Of a stretch of DNA of 64,000 bases, positions 1 through 45,380 are shown piece by piece. Below the pieces are notes generated by a model, which searched no databases, was not told the DNA's origin, and saw only the letters and a program-made list of their open reading frames with translations. Both the position numbers and the translations under genes were made by a program. Origin of the DNA: Hormiphora californensis (Eukaryota > Animalia > Ctenophora); assembly GCA_020137815.1 (NCBI GenBank), contig CM035359.1, positions 6,634,001-6,698,000 of the forward strand, read 5' to 3'. How positions within the stretch are numbered: the stretch's first letter is position 1; each line of letters starts with the position of its first letter.

Positions 1-1166
1 AATCAACGTATCTCCGGGAGGGTTAATGGCAGAAGGGCACACGAAGATATTTCAATTTATTAACCGTCACTTGGGTGGTGGTCGAGTGGTCATCTATCTT
101 GTTCATAGTTCATACTTCACACTTGGCAATATATATCAAATTGTCAAGATAAGGATTGACTTCAAAGTTCCCCCTTACTTCGTAGATTAATCAACCTGCA
201 TTTCCACACTTTTCATTATGTTGGGGTTATTATCTTGTCGCCGCCCCACCCTTTTTAGTTTCTCCTATAGAAATTGTCAACGTTAAATGTGTCATTTTTT
301 AAAGTCGGTTTCTTGATTCCCGATCATCTTTCCTTTCATTCTCTTTCCCTCTGTCTACAGCTCTATCTCTCTCTTGTTCCTACCTACATCTTACTTTAGA
401 AAGCCACCTGGGTTTTTACTCTCCCTGTGATGTATATATTTAGCTGTCAGTATGGTAAATATACTCTGCACTCACAGATCATCCATCCATCTCTCCCTCC
501 CTCCCTCCCTATCTAGCTTTCTGATTCCCTCGCTCTCTCGCTCCCGCCCTCTCTCTATATGAACGACAGTTTTATAGCGAATCCGGGACTTGTCAACCGT
601 TGAAATGGTGTATTTAAAGAACTTGACTCATACAATTCACTGTCACATCCTGCAATAAAGATTGTAAATATCATGATAGCAAAAAAAATCCCTTTCTCTT
701 TTCCCAGGTCCCTCTATCCATCTCCATTCTTCCTCACTTTCATTCTCAATCTCCCCCTGGCCCTTTCCTTTCCATATCCTTCTTTTTCTCCATCCCCTCT
801 GTATTCTTTTAAAACATTTCTCTGTGTGCTGTATATATGCCTTGCAATTATCCATGTTTCACTTCGCTCACGTTTAATTATCCCATCTTCTCTTTAAATT
901 ATCCGATTATAATCCGACTACCTTTGTTTCAGCATTATCTCTTTTAGTATTTAAGCGCAGATTTGCGCTAATCGTTGCTTTAATTTCGAATTCTGTGGAT
1001 ACGCCTTTCAGATTTTTCTCTCTCGCTTGTAATTATATTACGTTATTGTTGTCTTTTTATTCTCGACATTTTAAAACATGCAATAGAACATATCCGAACA
1101 AATCAGAATACACAATTTGGCCTATATTAATTGATATATCTCACCTATAAAACTAAATGCAGCACA

Positions 1167-17769
<16,603 letters not shown>

Positions 17770-18955
17770 GGGAGATCAAGATATGTGATCCTGATATGAG
17801 GGAGATGATATCGAGATAATATGTTGTGGACATGTACAATCACCTGGAGAGTGCTCAATATTGCAGAATCACTATCATGATCATGTGATATTCAGAAAAT
17901 ATGACATTGGTTAATTATAGTCAGGACGACGTTGTGATGTGGATACGGAATTGATATTGTAATAATAATTGTTGTAAGTAGTTAATACTGATATGTTTGG
18001 GTTTGAGGTCAGGATGATAGTGCTGGAGAGCGTGGAGATAGTGTGACACGATATGATGGACGTTTGAAGTTTGAATGATTTTTTGATTTCTTGAAAAAAG
18101 GGTATTCGATTTTCTTTGTAGGCGTTCAGATTCTGACAATTCTTTGACGTCTCTGCAAGAATTGAGACTTCCAAATTTAGTACATATTTCAAAGAGTTAT
18201 TTAAATATGCATGAAATCAGTCGATTATTTGATCAAAAATGACATTGACAGTGCACTGTGCAAATGATATAGGGCAAATTGATTATTGTGAGTTACTCAT
18301 CTTGTAATTATCTCTGGAATTAGAGTTGGGTACAGGCCACAGGGAACTACCATGTCAAAATCACTGATTCCTCATGAGGAATCAGTGATTGTGACTGAGG
18401 CCATATGCTGCACTTGCAGGTGCTTAGAATTTGTAAATACGAATATGATTACCCTTGATAATTATTGTGTAATATGACTAACTGCATACACAACACGGAA
18501 ATACAGCGTGTTTTATTTTGTCAAGAAAATCTGACCAATACAGCTGTCCCAACCCTGAAGAGGACATTCTTATGTCGAAACGTTTGTTATAATAGCTATT
18601 GGTCCAAGCACTGACCAATACAATTAAATCTGCACCTTCAAAATTTTTAGTCCATCTTTTGTCACGCGCAAATAGAAAGCCGCGCAGTATTTTGTTATAA
18701 ATTAGCGCGCGCGAGATATATATTTCAAAATTTGAACTCTCGGATCTGTAAAAATAACGACACACTTTTTTCAAAAACCTGATTTTGAACGGTTTTTGGT
18801 TCTTCTTGCTCGGCAAACGCAACCAAAACTTCGCTGGTCGTCCTGGGAACTGGGCAGCGGGTCTGTTGCCCATTTTATGCCCCGAACCCCGTTATTTTAC
18901 CGATTTAAAACTTCAATAATGAAATAACTTTAGTGGTGTTGATGAAATCGCAGAA

Positions 18956-19864
18956 ATGAAGGTGGACGAGTGGGTTGAAATTACACGACACTGCAAGTAC
19001 CTCCCTGAGAAAGATCTGAGGGAACTATGTGAGCTTGTCAGTGATATTCTCCTGGAGGAGTCCAATGTTCAGCCAGTTAGCAGCCCTGTAACTGTATGCG
19101 GCGATATCCATGGACAGTATTATGATTTGATGCAGCTTTTTAAAGTTGCGGGAGAGCTACCTGATACCAACTACATATTCATTGGTGATTTCGTAGATCG
19201 AGGTCACTACTCGCTGGAAACTCTAACTCGATTGTTGGTAATGAAGGTAAAATATCCGGAAAAAGTAACCCTACTTCGGGGTAACCACGAGTCACGAAAC
19301 GTCACACAAGCCTATGGTTTTTATGACGAATGCATGTCCAAGTACGGAAACAGTAACGCTTGGAAGTACTGTTGTAAGGTGTTTGATTTGTTGGCCATTG
19401 CTGCCATTATTGACGAAGAAGTTCTGTGTGTTCATGGTGGTTTATCACCGGAAATCAAAACTATTGATCAAATCAGGCAGATACCGCGAGATATGGAAAT
19501 CCCTCAGGAGGGAGCTTTTACTGACCTCGTCTGGTCTGACCCCGAGGAAGTTGAGAATTGGACGATTAGTCCCCGGGGTGCAGGGTGGTTGTTCGGAAAA
19601 AAGATCACTGATGCATTCAACCACATCAATGGACTTTCCCTTATTTGCCGAGCTCACCAACTTGTTCAAGATGGATATAAATTCATGTTTGATAGCAAGT
19701 TGGTAACTATTTGGAGTGCCCCTAACTACTGTTACCGATGTGGAAATGTGGCCGCTGTCATTGCCTTCCAGGATGCCCAGAACTACCAAGCGAAGTTGTT
19801 TGATCCCGTGCCTGATGATGAACGGGTCATTCCCAGCAGAGTCGTGACTCCCTACTTTTTGTGA
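18956..19864 (+). CDS. PPP6C: Serine/threonine-protein phosphatase 6 catalytic subunit, intronless (302 aa)
   Basis: [28 protein letters not shown] motifs; PP6-type CKYLPE.DL..LC N-terminus; C-terminal TPYFL. Confidence 0.93.
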   Translation: MKVDEWVEITRHCKYLPEKDLRELCELVSDILLEESNVQPVSSPVTVCGDIHGQYYDLMQLFKVAGELPDTNYIFIGDFVDRGHYSLETLTRLLVMKVKYPEKVTLLRGNHESRNVTQAYGFYDECMSKYGNSNAWKYCCKVFDLLAIAAIIDEEVLCVHGGLSPEIKTIDQIRQIPRDMEIPQEGAFTDLVWSDPEEVENWTISPRGAGWLFGKKITDAFNHINGLSLICRAHQLVQDGYKFMFDSKLVTIWSAPNYCYRCGNVAAVIAFQDAQNYQAKLFDPVPDDERVIPSRVVTPYFL

Positions 19865-21461
19865 AGAATTCAATAACAGATGGAAGGTGGGATAGTGTTG
19901 GACGTCAATGAAGGATCTTGTGTCGTCAATCGGTTCGGCGAATCTCTCTCATTGCTCAATACCGGGAATTTACAATTTATCAGCAGCGACCTTCAGACCC
20001 TCGATTTTCAGAATTATTCTCACTTGCTTTTTGTTTTTGTTGTATTTCCCTGGACAGGAGAATTGACTTGGAAGGGTTTAAAACGCCTCAATTTTTGAAA
20101 AGACTCTGTTTTTAGAGCTAGATAAAGTGTGCGTGTTAATGTATTACTGTGTGTGTAACACTGTGTTACGTCTCACTTGTTGTGTCTTTATTTATACCCT
20201 TCTCATTCCCTTCCTTTTGCCAGCCCCCCCCCCCCGTCTCTGAGAGAACAAGAGAGAAAAATGGAGAGAATCTCTGTGCTGTCCCCTTCTACCGTCTTCA
20301 TTTTACGTCACTACTGCCTCATATGACTATTGATTGGGTTACCTCTCTATCTTCCTTTCTCTCTCTATCTCTCTGTCTCTTTATCTCCCTCTCTCCCTCT
20401 CTCTTTCTCTCTTTATCTCCCTCTCTCCCTCTCTCTTGTGCCCCATGCTGAAACCCCGACCAGGTCCACTATTTCGTGGTACGATGTTTGAAATAGTACA
20501 AAGGCTTTTTCTTTGCTGCCCCTCTACAAAAACATTTCCCCCTTCCTTTGTCTTACAACAAATTTTTCCCCTCCCCCCCAAAAACTTTCCCCTTCTCTCC
20601 CCCTCTCCCCCCACTCTCTCCCTCTCTTTTTCTCTCTCCTTCCTCCCTTTCTCTTCCTCTTCTTTCTCCTTTTCCCTCCTCTCCTCCTCTCTTCTTCTCT
20701 TCTCTCTCTCTCTCCCCCTTTTTCCTCTTTCCCTTCTCCTTTTCTTTTTTACCCCAAGAGACACCCAAAAAGGAAAGGAGTTTGGAGGGAAATGGGATGG
20801 GGATTGGAAAAAAAACGGTTTATACCCCTTGTATACTACTACTTGCACCCTGTTGTTATGAAATAGTTAGAGCGTGGCATTTACCCTTGTTCTTCGAAGT
20901 AGAACAGAGCATGGCAATTACCCTCGTCAGTCTACAATAATGCACCAATCTCTTCTTTTGAAAATGGGATATAATACTCGATCTCGTACAACTTTTTTGC
21001 TATACACTTCATGTTGTTCTTCGGAATAGAACTGAGTACAGCTGAGTGTCTACGTTTCCTAACAGAGTACTTCAAGACTTGTCACCACCTCGGCCAGGGT
21101 GAGAGAGATGAAGATATTGAGAGTTGGAGATAGAGAGAAAAATAGGGGAGAGGAAGAGAGTTGAAAGAGTGTTAGTGAAAAATTAGTGTACAATTTCAAA
21201 GCAGAATTACGAAGTCAGCCATGTTCCATTATGACCTACATGGAATGCAAGATGAGTCAAAAACAAAGAGATAGATATCAAACTAACACTGTCTTTTCTA
21301 TGACCATTATATTATTACAATTTAGTTTGAGGATGAGACAGGAGTAAGGTTTAGTTTGTTCATTGGCTAAATGTAGGGCCTCATAGCGATGAACTTGATG
21401 CTAAAAATAGAACTGTGTGTAGCACAAGAACGAGAACTTGTTTTTCCATCAACCCGAAATA

Positions 21462-22622
21462 GTAAGGTGATAAGCCAGGAGAACCAGAAAAAAATTTGTG
21501 ACAAAGGATTTCCACCTGAAACGTACTCCTAAGGGTCCCCTCTATCGATTCTAACCAATGCTCATATTTGCTCAGGGGTGCAAAGGCCTCATTTCCGGGT
21601 GGGCGTGGTACCTGTGTTTTCAGCCTGAGGCCAAAACCATAAGTACCCTTAAAATAGGAGTAGAGAAAAAATCGAGGGCACTAAAATGATCAGCGTCCTC
21701 GAATTAGTGGGGGTAGGTGCTAAAATTAAGTCTCTATCTCATCTGGTAAATTAGATAATTGGATAATTAGGTTTGCGCATAACCGTTTTTTGGCTATATG
21801 GCTATAGCCACTTAGGAATGGTTTAGAGACTTTTCATTGGTGCCATTTTGTAGGCAAAGAGAAGTTATGGGGGGTCCACGTCGGACTTTTAAGCTCTATC
21901 TTCAACCGTTTAGCCGTTATTTGGCTTTAACGGTGTTCAAAAACGGCCTTTTTACCGTATTTTGCTCATTTGGAGCATCTTAAAAGCCAAATAACGGCTA
22001 AACAGTTGAAGATAGAGCTTAAAAGTCCGACTTTGACCCCCCATAACTTCTCTTTGCCTACAAAATGGCACCAATGAAAAGTCTCTAAACCATTCCTAAG
22101 TGGCTATAGCCATATAGCCAAAAAACGGTTATGCGCAAACCTAATTATCCAATTATCTAATTAACCAGATGAGATAGAGACTTAATTTTAGCACCTACCC
22201 CCACTAATTCGAGGACGCTGATCATTTTAGTGCCCTCATTTTTGTCTCTACTCCTTTCCTAAGTGGCTATAGCCATATAGACAACAAACGGTGATGCGCA
22301 AACCTAATTATCCAATTATCTAATTAACCAGATGAGATAGAGACTTAATTCCATCACCTACCCCCACTAAGTCGAGGACGCTGATCACTCTAGTGCCCTC
22401 GATTTTTTCTCTACTCCTATTTTAAGGGTACTTATGGTTTTGGCCTCAGGCTGAAAACACAGGTACCACGCCCACCCGGAAATGAGGCCTTTGCACCTTC
22501 TGCTCAATTTGAGCATTGGTTGGGATCGTTAGAGGGGACCCTTAGGAGTACGTTTGAGGTGGAAATCCTTTGTCACAAATTTTTTTCTGGTTGAGGCTTA
22601 AATTTTAGTTAAATCACCTTAC
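21462..22622. mobile_element. ~1.16-kb foldback (long inverted repeat) non-coding element
   Basis: Termini TA|GTAAGGTGAT ... ATCACCTTAC|TA. Arms ~21462-21930 and ~21984-22622 are reverse complements, with an extra ~165-bp duplication in the right arm. Confidence 0.8.
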
Positions 22623-22746
22623 TAAAAGTAATCAATCAATCTGCTCTTGAACTAAGAAGAGCTGGAAGTGTTTACTGATCTCCTCCCCCACAGACCCCTC
22701 TAATTAACCAACTAATTAACTAATTAACTACCTCTGTATTATCTAG

Positions 22747-38827
<16,081 letters not shown>

Positions 38828-38965
38828 GAGACAGTTGAGTGAGAATGGATAGTAAGTTATTGGTGTGTGTTGTGTGTGTGTGACTCGTGTCTTGGTTGTA
38901 GTGTGATATATAGAGCATGTTGTGCGTGTGTGTGTGTCATAGTTGAGAGGGGATCATGTGAAAAC

Positions 38966-39090
38966 TAGCCAATCAGAGGCCGGTAATTTGTCGCGTGATT
39001 TTCATCAACCAATCAGAGGCCGGTAATTTGTCACGTGATTTTCATCAACCAATCAGAGGCCGGTAATTTGTCACGTGATTTTCATCGGCC
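38966..39090. repeat. 40-bp tandem repeat x3 downstream of DYRK1
   Basis: CCAATCAGAGGCCGGTAATTTGTCACGTGATTTTCATCAA repeated. Confidence 0.85.
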
Positions 39091-39361
39091 GATGGGTGCC
39101 ACCCGAGTGGTTATAATTCCCTGTACGATTTGTGAGCCCTAAAATGTGCCTAATATTAATTGAAAAAAGTCAAGATTTTTTATCAGAAAATCACTTTTTG
39201 CAAAAGTTACTTTGGTTAGATTTAGAGAGCGAGATACACTTAGATCTGGACTAAGATAGCATTTCAATGGATAGCACTAAATATCCTGTACTATTGCCTA
39301 AAGAAGGGACCGTAATTTTGGGTCTTAATCAGCCCTCAATTAGCTGGTTCCTTATCTCATT

Positions 39362-39544
39362 ACACGGTCGCTTGTAGTGGGATAACGGTAATGGAAAACG
39401 AAGATACAGTAAGAGGACGCGCAACCGTGACCAATCGGAGCGCTAGTACGTGCTGAAACATGAACTTTTTGCCGTGCGTTATGCACCGTGCGTGTCTCCT
39501 TACTGTATTTTGCGTTACCGTAGTTTGACTGCAAGCAGCACTGT
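39362..39544 (+). mobile_element. ~185-bp dispersed MITE-like repeat, copy 1 of 3 (others 42290-42472, 61120-61302)
   Basis: Three near-identical copies starting ACACGGTCGCTTGTAGTGGGA and ending GCAAGCAGCACTGT; imperfect terminal inverted repeats. Confidence 0.8.
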
Positions 39545-39829
39545 TACATCTATATGTATATATTTACAATATTCATCGATCTGGAAAATGAGAGGATAAC
39601 GAGATTTCATAATTGTACTACTCAAATTGAGTTGTATTTTGCAATCATACACACACACACTCACGCACATAACTTCTCTGTCACACCCACCCTTAATTTA
39701 TTTACCCGCGTTTTACACGTTTTAAGTTCTTTTTTATGCAAAAAGTTATCTGATGAAGAGAGTAAGGAAACATATTAATATATTAATGCTATGATATATA
39801 CCAATTTAATTATCTGCATAACTCAAATA

Positions 39830-39966
39830 CAGTAAAACCTCGATTTATTAGACTTCTCGGGGGAAGGATACATTATCACGATGGACATAGTTTTTTTACA
39901 AATGCAAAAAAATTGGTAGAAATATATTTTTCTGGTGAACCGAGTTGCAATAAATCGAGGTTTACG
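39830..39966. mobile_element. Small TA-flanked MITE
   Basis: CAGTAAAACCTCGATTTATT ... AATAAATCGAGGTTTACG imperfect TIR. Confidence 0.55.
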
Positions 39967-40672
39967 TATTATATATGCTATAATGCACGGGAAAACTGTT
40001 TGATAAAGGGTAGATGTAGCTGCAGTAGAGATCGTGATTTTGATCAATTTCTTTTGTGTGATTGATAACGAGAGAAAGAGAAGGTTTTGAATGGGATCTT
40101 CTTGAATTTTAATTAGCATTCTGTCACATAGTGAAATGGTAGAGAGAGAAAGAACTGGGAAAGTGATTTATCCTAGATTGTATTAGCATCCCACTATATA
40201 CACTATGTACGTGTGTGATGTTTCACACCATATAAACCTACTATACTGATTGGAATCCTATTTACTTTTTGGAGCCCGATATATGAAAAAAACATGTCTT
40301 TTATTTTGTTTGAAACAGCAAGACCGCGACTGCTATCCATTGTCATATCAAATCTCCTTTTTGACTCACATCATAGTAGTGGTCTTGCTGGTAATGATGA
40401 GTCTGGGCCATGCACATAATTTATCTCAGATAGGCTTCATATCAGGTTCAGTTGTCTAATCGTGGGTTACCAGGCCACCATTGTTCCTTGTCAGCGCATT
40501 ATCAGGGATGTTTTTACCACGCGCAAGTCCAATGCGCGTTCAAAGTCGCGCAGAGTTCCCTTCAAAATGTGGTTTGGCGACCGCGCGTTACGTTTAGACA
40601 CTCATTTGGCGGGAGTTCATCACCGGGTTTCTCATTATTTGTCTGTCTGGCGGCACAATCTTTGCCATGCTA

Positions 40673-40971
40673 GGGGAAACTCTAACTGAATGGCATCCCA
40701 TTAATGGGATCCCATCAACAGTAAAACTCTAACTGATAATGGACCACAGTGATGGTTCTTTCTCTGTATTCTCTCTGTAGGCAGTACTGCCTACTGCTGT
40801 ATGTACTGCCTACAGAGAGAATACAGAGAAAGAACTATAGGGCATGCCCGGGCACGGGCGCGCACACAGAGAGAATACAGAGAAAGAACCATCACTGTGG
40901 TCCATTATCAGTTAGAGTTTTACTGTTGATGGGATCCCATTAATGGGATGCCATTCAGTTAGAGTTTCCCC
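40673..40971. mobile_element. Palindromic MITE with 3-bp TSD (PIF/Harbinger-like)
   Basis: ~100-bp TIRs starting GGGGAAACTCTAACTGAATGGCATCCC; CTA on both sides. Confidence 0.8.
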
Positions 40972-41399
40972 CTACGTAGTACGTAGTCTATCCATTCGGG
41001 CTCGCGTAAGCTTACACTGGGACTTCGCCGAAGTAGAGGCCCTGTTTGAACTTTGAGAGCCGACAGACTGGGAACATGCCGTGTCAATCTGAGTGATGGC
41101 GGACACTGGACAGTGGACAGTGATATTTTTTAGTTGATACAAAGCAAAGGTAAAAGTCAGAAACTTAAGGTAAAAAAGATAATTAATCAGAATTCTTAAC
41201 AATAATTTCATAAGAGAGGAATATAAATGTATGCTAGTTGTATATCACATGCTCTCTCTCTCTCAGTTGGCCAGTGTTAGCAAAATAAAATCATTTCTCC
41301 AATCCACAGCTCCTCGTTCATTTAAAGTCCATTTATCCCGCCCGAAAATATCTAACAATCACAATTAACAGTCACACACGCCGTGTAATTTTAATCACT

Positions 41400-42870
41400 T
41401 CATCCCAAATGCTGCGCCATGTCTGGTCGAATTCCGAGGTCAGCCAGGCTCATTTTCTTAGCGATTCCTGCAGGGCGAAGATGTGATTTAGGTGGTGTTA
41501 TAATTTTATTGTAAACGTGTTGTTATGTTCTAGCCTTTCAATTCATTTGTCGCCCTGCGGCATCTTGTCGCCCCACGGCATCTTAATTTTAGGTATGTAA
41601 CATGCATCTCCCAATACTACTTGGTGTCACAGGGGATGGACGTCAAGTGATATACAAGCTCGACTAAACGGTGTCTGGTATATTACTGTAAAACTAGATA
41701 TTTTCGTGAGATTTTTATTTTCGCTCTTTATTTTTGGCTGGAAAATCCGCGAAAATTAATTCCGCGAAAATATTTTGGACGATTTTTTAAATGTGGCCTT
41801 CAACGACAATCGGTTCATTTCATTGGTATGATGACTGCACTCTTGGCGTAATTAGACAATAGAATAGGACCGTGAAATGGGGGTAGCAGTGGGATTAGCG
41901 AAAATTAAAATCGCGAAAATCGTAATTTTTGATCGAATCGCGAAAATTAATTGCCTCGAAAATATCTAGTTTTACAGTATTGAATTAATTGGATAACTAA
42001 AACTCTACCCTCTAGTTTGTGCTTACCGGCAGGTTTTGGTTTTGGTTTAGCCTTCTCTTCGAACAGCAGGATCATCCTAAGCACAGAGTTCTTTCCTCCC
42101 AACATCATTATCTAGAGGGGGATGTTATAGAGCTGTGTTAGAGTTGTTAGAACCATGATAGCAATAAATTAGGGATGGTTAGTTAGAATTATGTTGCGGA
42201 ACAAATGGGGTTCATTCATGATTCCACTATCTTTAATATCAAAATCCAGAAATATTCAAATTGAGGGAATCATGTCCTTCTAAGAACTAACACGGTCGCT
42301 TGTAGTGGGAAAACGGTAATGGAAAACGAAGATACAGTAAGACGACGCGCAACCGTGACCAATCAGGGCGCTAGTAAGTGCTGACACATGAACTTTTTGC
42401 CGCGTGTTATGCACCGTGCGCGTCTCCTTACTGTATTTTGCGTTACCGTATTTTGACTGCAAGCAGCACTGTAAGGTTAATATACTGACCAGGAAATCAG
42501 GGTAAGCGATGGTTCCTTTGTCCGTTGTATCAACCTGTTGTATCATCTTCCTAATCTCTAGATGGGTCTTGGGCTGGTCCAACCTGCAGAGGGAGGAGGG
42601 CATTTAGGTGCCTTGTTAATGAAACACGACTCAGCTAATACCAACTTGGTGGCCATGCAAGGGAAGGGACTCTAGGGAGGCAAGTTAAAAGGTTAACTAC
42701 TATAATGACAGCAAAAGGTCAATATATCCATGGTCGGGCATCGTGAAATATGTTACTCACTTTTCCAGCATCTGTTTCATCTCCATTTCATCAATGTCCC
42801 CCGAACAATCCAGATCAAACCGAATGAATTGGGCTTTGTACTGGACCAACTTCTCCTCAAGGTCCTCAAT
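41400..42870 (-). CDS. AIF1: Allograft inflammatory factor 1 / Iba1-like EF-hand protein; 5' exons not located
   Basis: Exons 42870-42761 (EDLEEKLVQYKAQFIRFDLDCSGDIDEMEMKQMLEK), 42583-42490 (LDQPKTHLEIRKMIQQVD...IAYPDFL), 42111-42027 (MMLGGKNSVLRMILLFEEKAKP), 41467-41400 (IAKKMSLADL...*); phases consistent. Confidence 0.85.
41686..41977. mobile_element. TA-flanked MITE in an AIF1 intron
   Basis: TIR CTGTAAAACTAGATATTTTCG / CGAAAATATCTAGTTTTACAG; internal CGCGAAAAT repeats. Confidence 0.8.
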
Positions 42871-44169
42871 CTATCGGAGAAATGTATTGGGATTATTATT
42901 AGTCAAGTTACTGATTTATATGCACTGATTACGGTTTGAGAGACAATTAAACGACACAATCCTAATCACTACAGATTGGGTAGTGATGTTCAATGTTCCA
43001 TACTTCGTTATTCTTCTTTTACAGACTTGTGAAATAGGGGCACTTATTTGACTAGCTAGACTGTGTTTCGCACGCCCTGCCCGCGAAACACTTCTTTACA
43101 ATTAATGTAAAGGAGGGTTAGAACATAACAAGCACTTATATTAGATAGAGGTTGAGAGGAAAGAAAGTGTTATAACTAAAGTGGTATGGTACTGTATGGA
43201 CACCATAGTACATACACAGTGTACACTACACCATACACTAATTATAATAACTGTTCTGCATCTAGTCCTCCCGCTAAAGCTCATTTTGTGAACAACAGTG
43301 TAATTACTGGGTACACGTGTACTAATAATACTGGCAAACTCTCTAACAGACTGACAAACTCTCTCATGTGTACGGGCTTGATATCATAATTCATGGTTGG
43401 AGCATTTTCCAAGTTTGAAAAAAGAGGAAAATGTATTGGTGATACTGCTATGGAAATACACAGCAACAACCCCAATATAGATTTTAGTAGATTTATTTGT
43501 TTTTGAATTCTCACGAAACCCGGATGTCGCCCCTCACCCAATTACCAGTACCACACGCATTCACACAACTCTTCTTTACAAGATATAGTGAGAGAGGGTC
43601 ACACAAAACTATTACTTCCGCCAACTGTTCAGTGTTGCTGTTTGATCAGGGCGTGCCTTTCATGAATCATCATTCTAGGCGATCTTATCCTATTTTATTT
43701 GTAACTTTACTTATTCATCACATAATGCAGGAAGTTAGTGAAGACACAGCAAACTCTCGTTTCCGGCCTAACGGCCGAAATCTCGAGTTCGCTTTTCGTG
43801 ATTTTAGCACTAGAGTCCGCTTACCGCCTACATCTACCTGCTAGGAAAGCGACGAAACCTATTTCCACGGAGCTCAACTGTCTTTTCTCATTCGAAAGAA
43901 AGAGAGACAGACAGAGAGACACAGCGATGTGGATAGGGTCATAGGGATGGAAAGCGATAGAAACCTTCCCCGAATCGTGTCTCATATCGTCTAACACTCT
44001 TGATTGGCTTCCCCGAATCATGTTCCATATCTCGTATCGTCTCCTACTGCTAATAAGCTTCCCCGAATCACATGGTTCATATCCCGTATTGTCTCCCACT
44101 GCTAATAAGGCGTTCCAGAATCGTATCACATGTGTCCATCCCCCTCATTAGCATTTGAAATACATATAT

Positions 44170-45090
44170 TGAAACTGAAATACATATATTGAAACTGAGG
44201 AGTGTGAGAGGAGAATCATTGACTGCCAAGAGGAGCTGATCACCGCACAGCGTTTGTTAGTTGAGGCACAGGACCGCTTAGTTAAGCTACGGTGTCAACT
44301 GTTGGAGAAGAGAGACGGTGAAATTAGTGCTGTGCAGACTACCGCTGAGAGGGAGATGAAATCATTTGCTAATGTTCTCCAGAAGAATTGTGAGACTGCC
44401 CTAGCACCGCAGCGAGTACGTCAGGCTATTGCTGTAGCGACAGAGGACAGGGCGAGCAATGTTATTGTTCACGGTCTGTTTGATGACAAGCTTGAGAACG
44501 ATCAGGATCTGGAGAGCGAGATCAAGAGAGTGTTTAACAGTATGGGTGCTTGTATTACTGGTATTTCCAGTATGAAGCGACTTGGGAAGTATAAGGATGG
44601 CTCTGACCGGCCTGTAAAGCTACGTTTATGTGGCAAAGACTTCCGAGATCAAATACTATCCAGTAAGAAATCTCTGAAAAACTCTGATAGGCACAAAAGT
44701 GTCTATATTTCCCCTGACCGTTCTCCGGAGGAGAGAGAGGAGAGGAGGAAGCTGGTGGTAGCGCTGAAGGAGAGGAAGGAGGCGGAGCCGGGGAAGACAT
44801 TTGGGATTCGAGGGGGCAAGGTGGAGGAAGTGTGAGAGACAGTACGAGACTGCTGTGTTTGAGTTTGTGTATTTACAAATTAAGTTAGGTTTTGAACTGG
44901 ACTTTTGGGCATCAGAGCACCGGACATTTAGATGGGATTTAGAACATTTTATTCATTTTTAAGACTATAGTTATTTTTGCAATGGTGAACCGCTCTGATT
45001 GCCGTGTAGTTTACTAGTTTTTTAGTTCTGGTAACCTATATGGTATGAGCGTGTATATAAGTACGGATATTATTATTATTATTATTATAT
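44170..45090 (+). mobile_element. 5'-truncated non-LTR retroposon carrying only an ORF1-like gene (ORF 44254-44835)
   Basis: Coiled coil, then NVIVHGL, RLGK...RPVKLRL, VYISPDRSPEEREERRKL (LINE ORF1 RRM/CTD type); ~230-nt 3' UTR, (ATT)n tail 45068-45088; flanking direct repeat ATTTGAAATACATATAT. Confidence 0.7.
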
Positions 45091-45380
45091 ATTTGAAATA
45101 CATATATATTTCAGTTGAAATAGACATGTGTATTTGAAATACATATGTATTTGAAATACATATATATTTCGGTGTCGAGATTCTTCCGACCTGCCTAGAG
45201 TGTATTAGAAAGGTACACAGCATGTTTTGCTAACTTCATCCCATGTCTCCATCTCCTAATTTCAATTTGAACTATGTGCCCTGTGTGACCCCTGTGTAAA
45301 CCCCGTGTAAACCCTATGTAACCCCCGTATTCAGGTGCTATGAAATATTCCGCTCAAGAATAGACGATATCCAATACAAA

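Noticed and set aside
1-26. Possible piggyBac right end (...GGAGGG-TTAA)
   Set aside because: At the window edge with no partner TIR visible.
19314-19873. ORFs overlapping PPP6C (and similar ones overlapping the CYP, MCP and DYRK1 genes)
   Set aside because: Alternative-frame or antisense shadows of real genes with no recognisable motifs.
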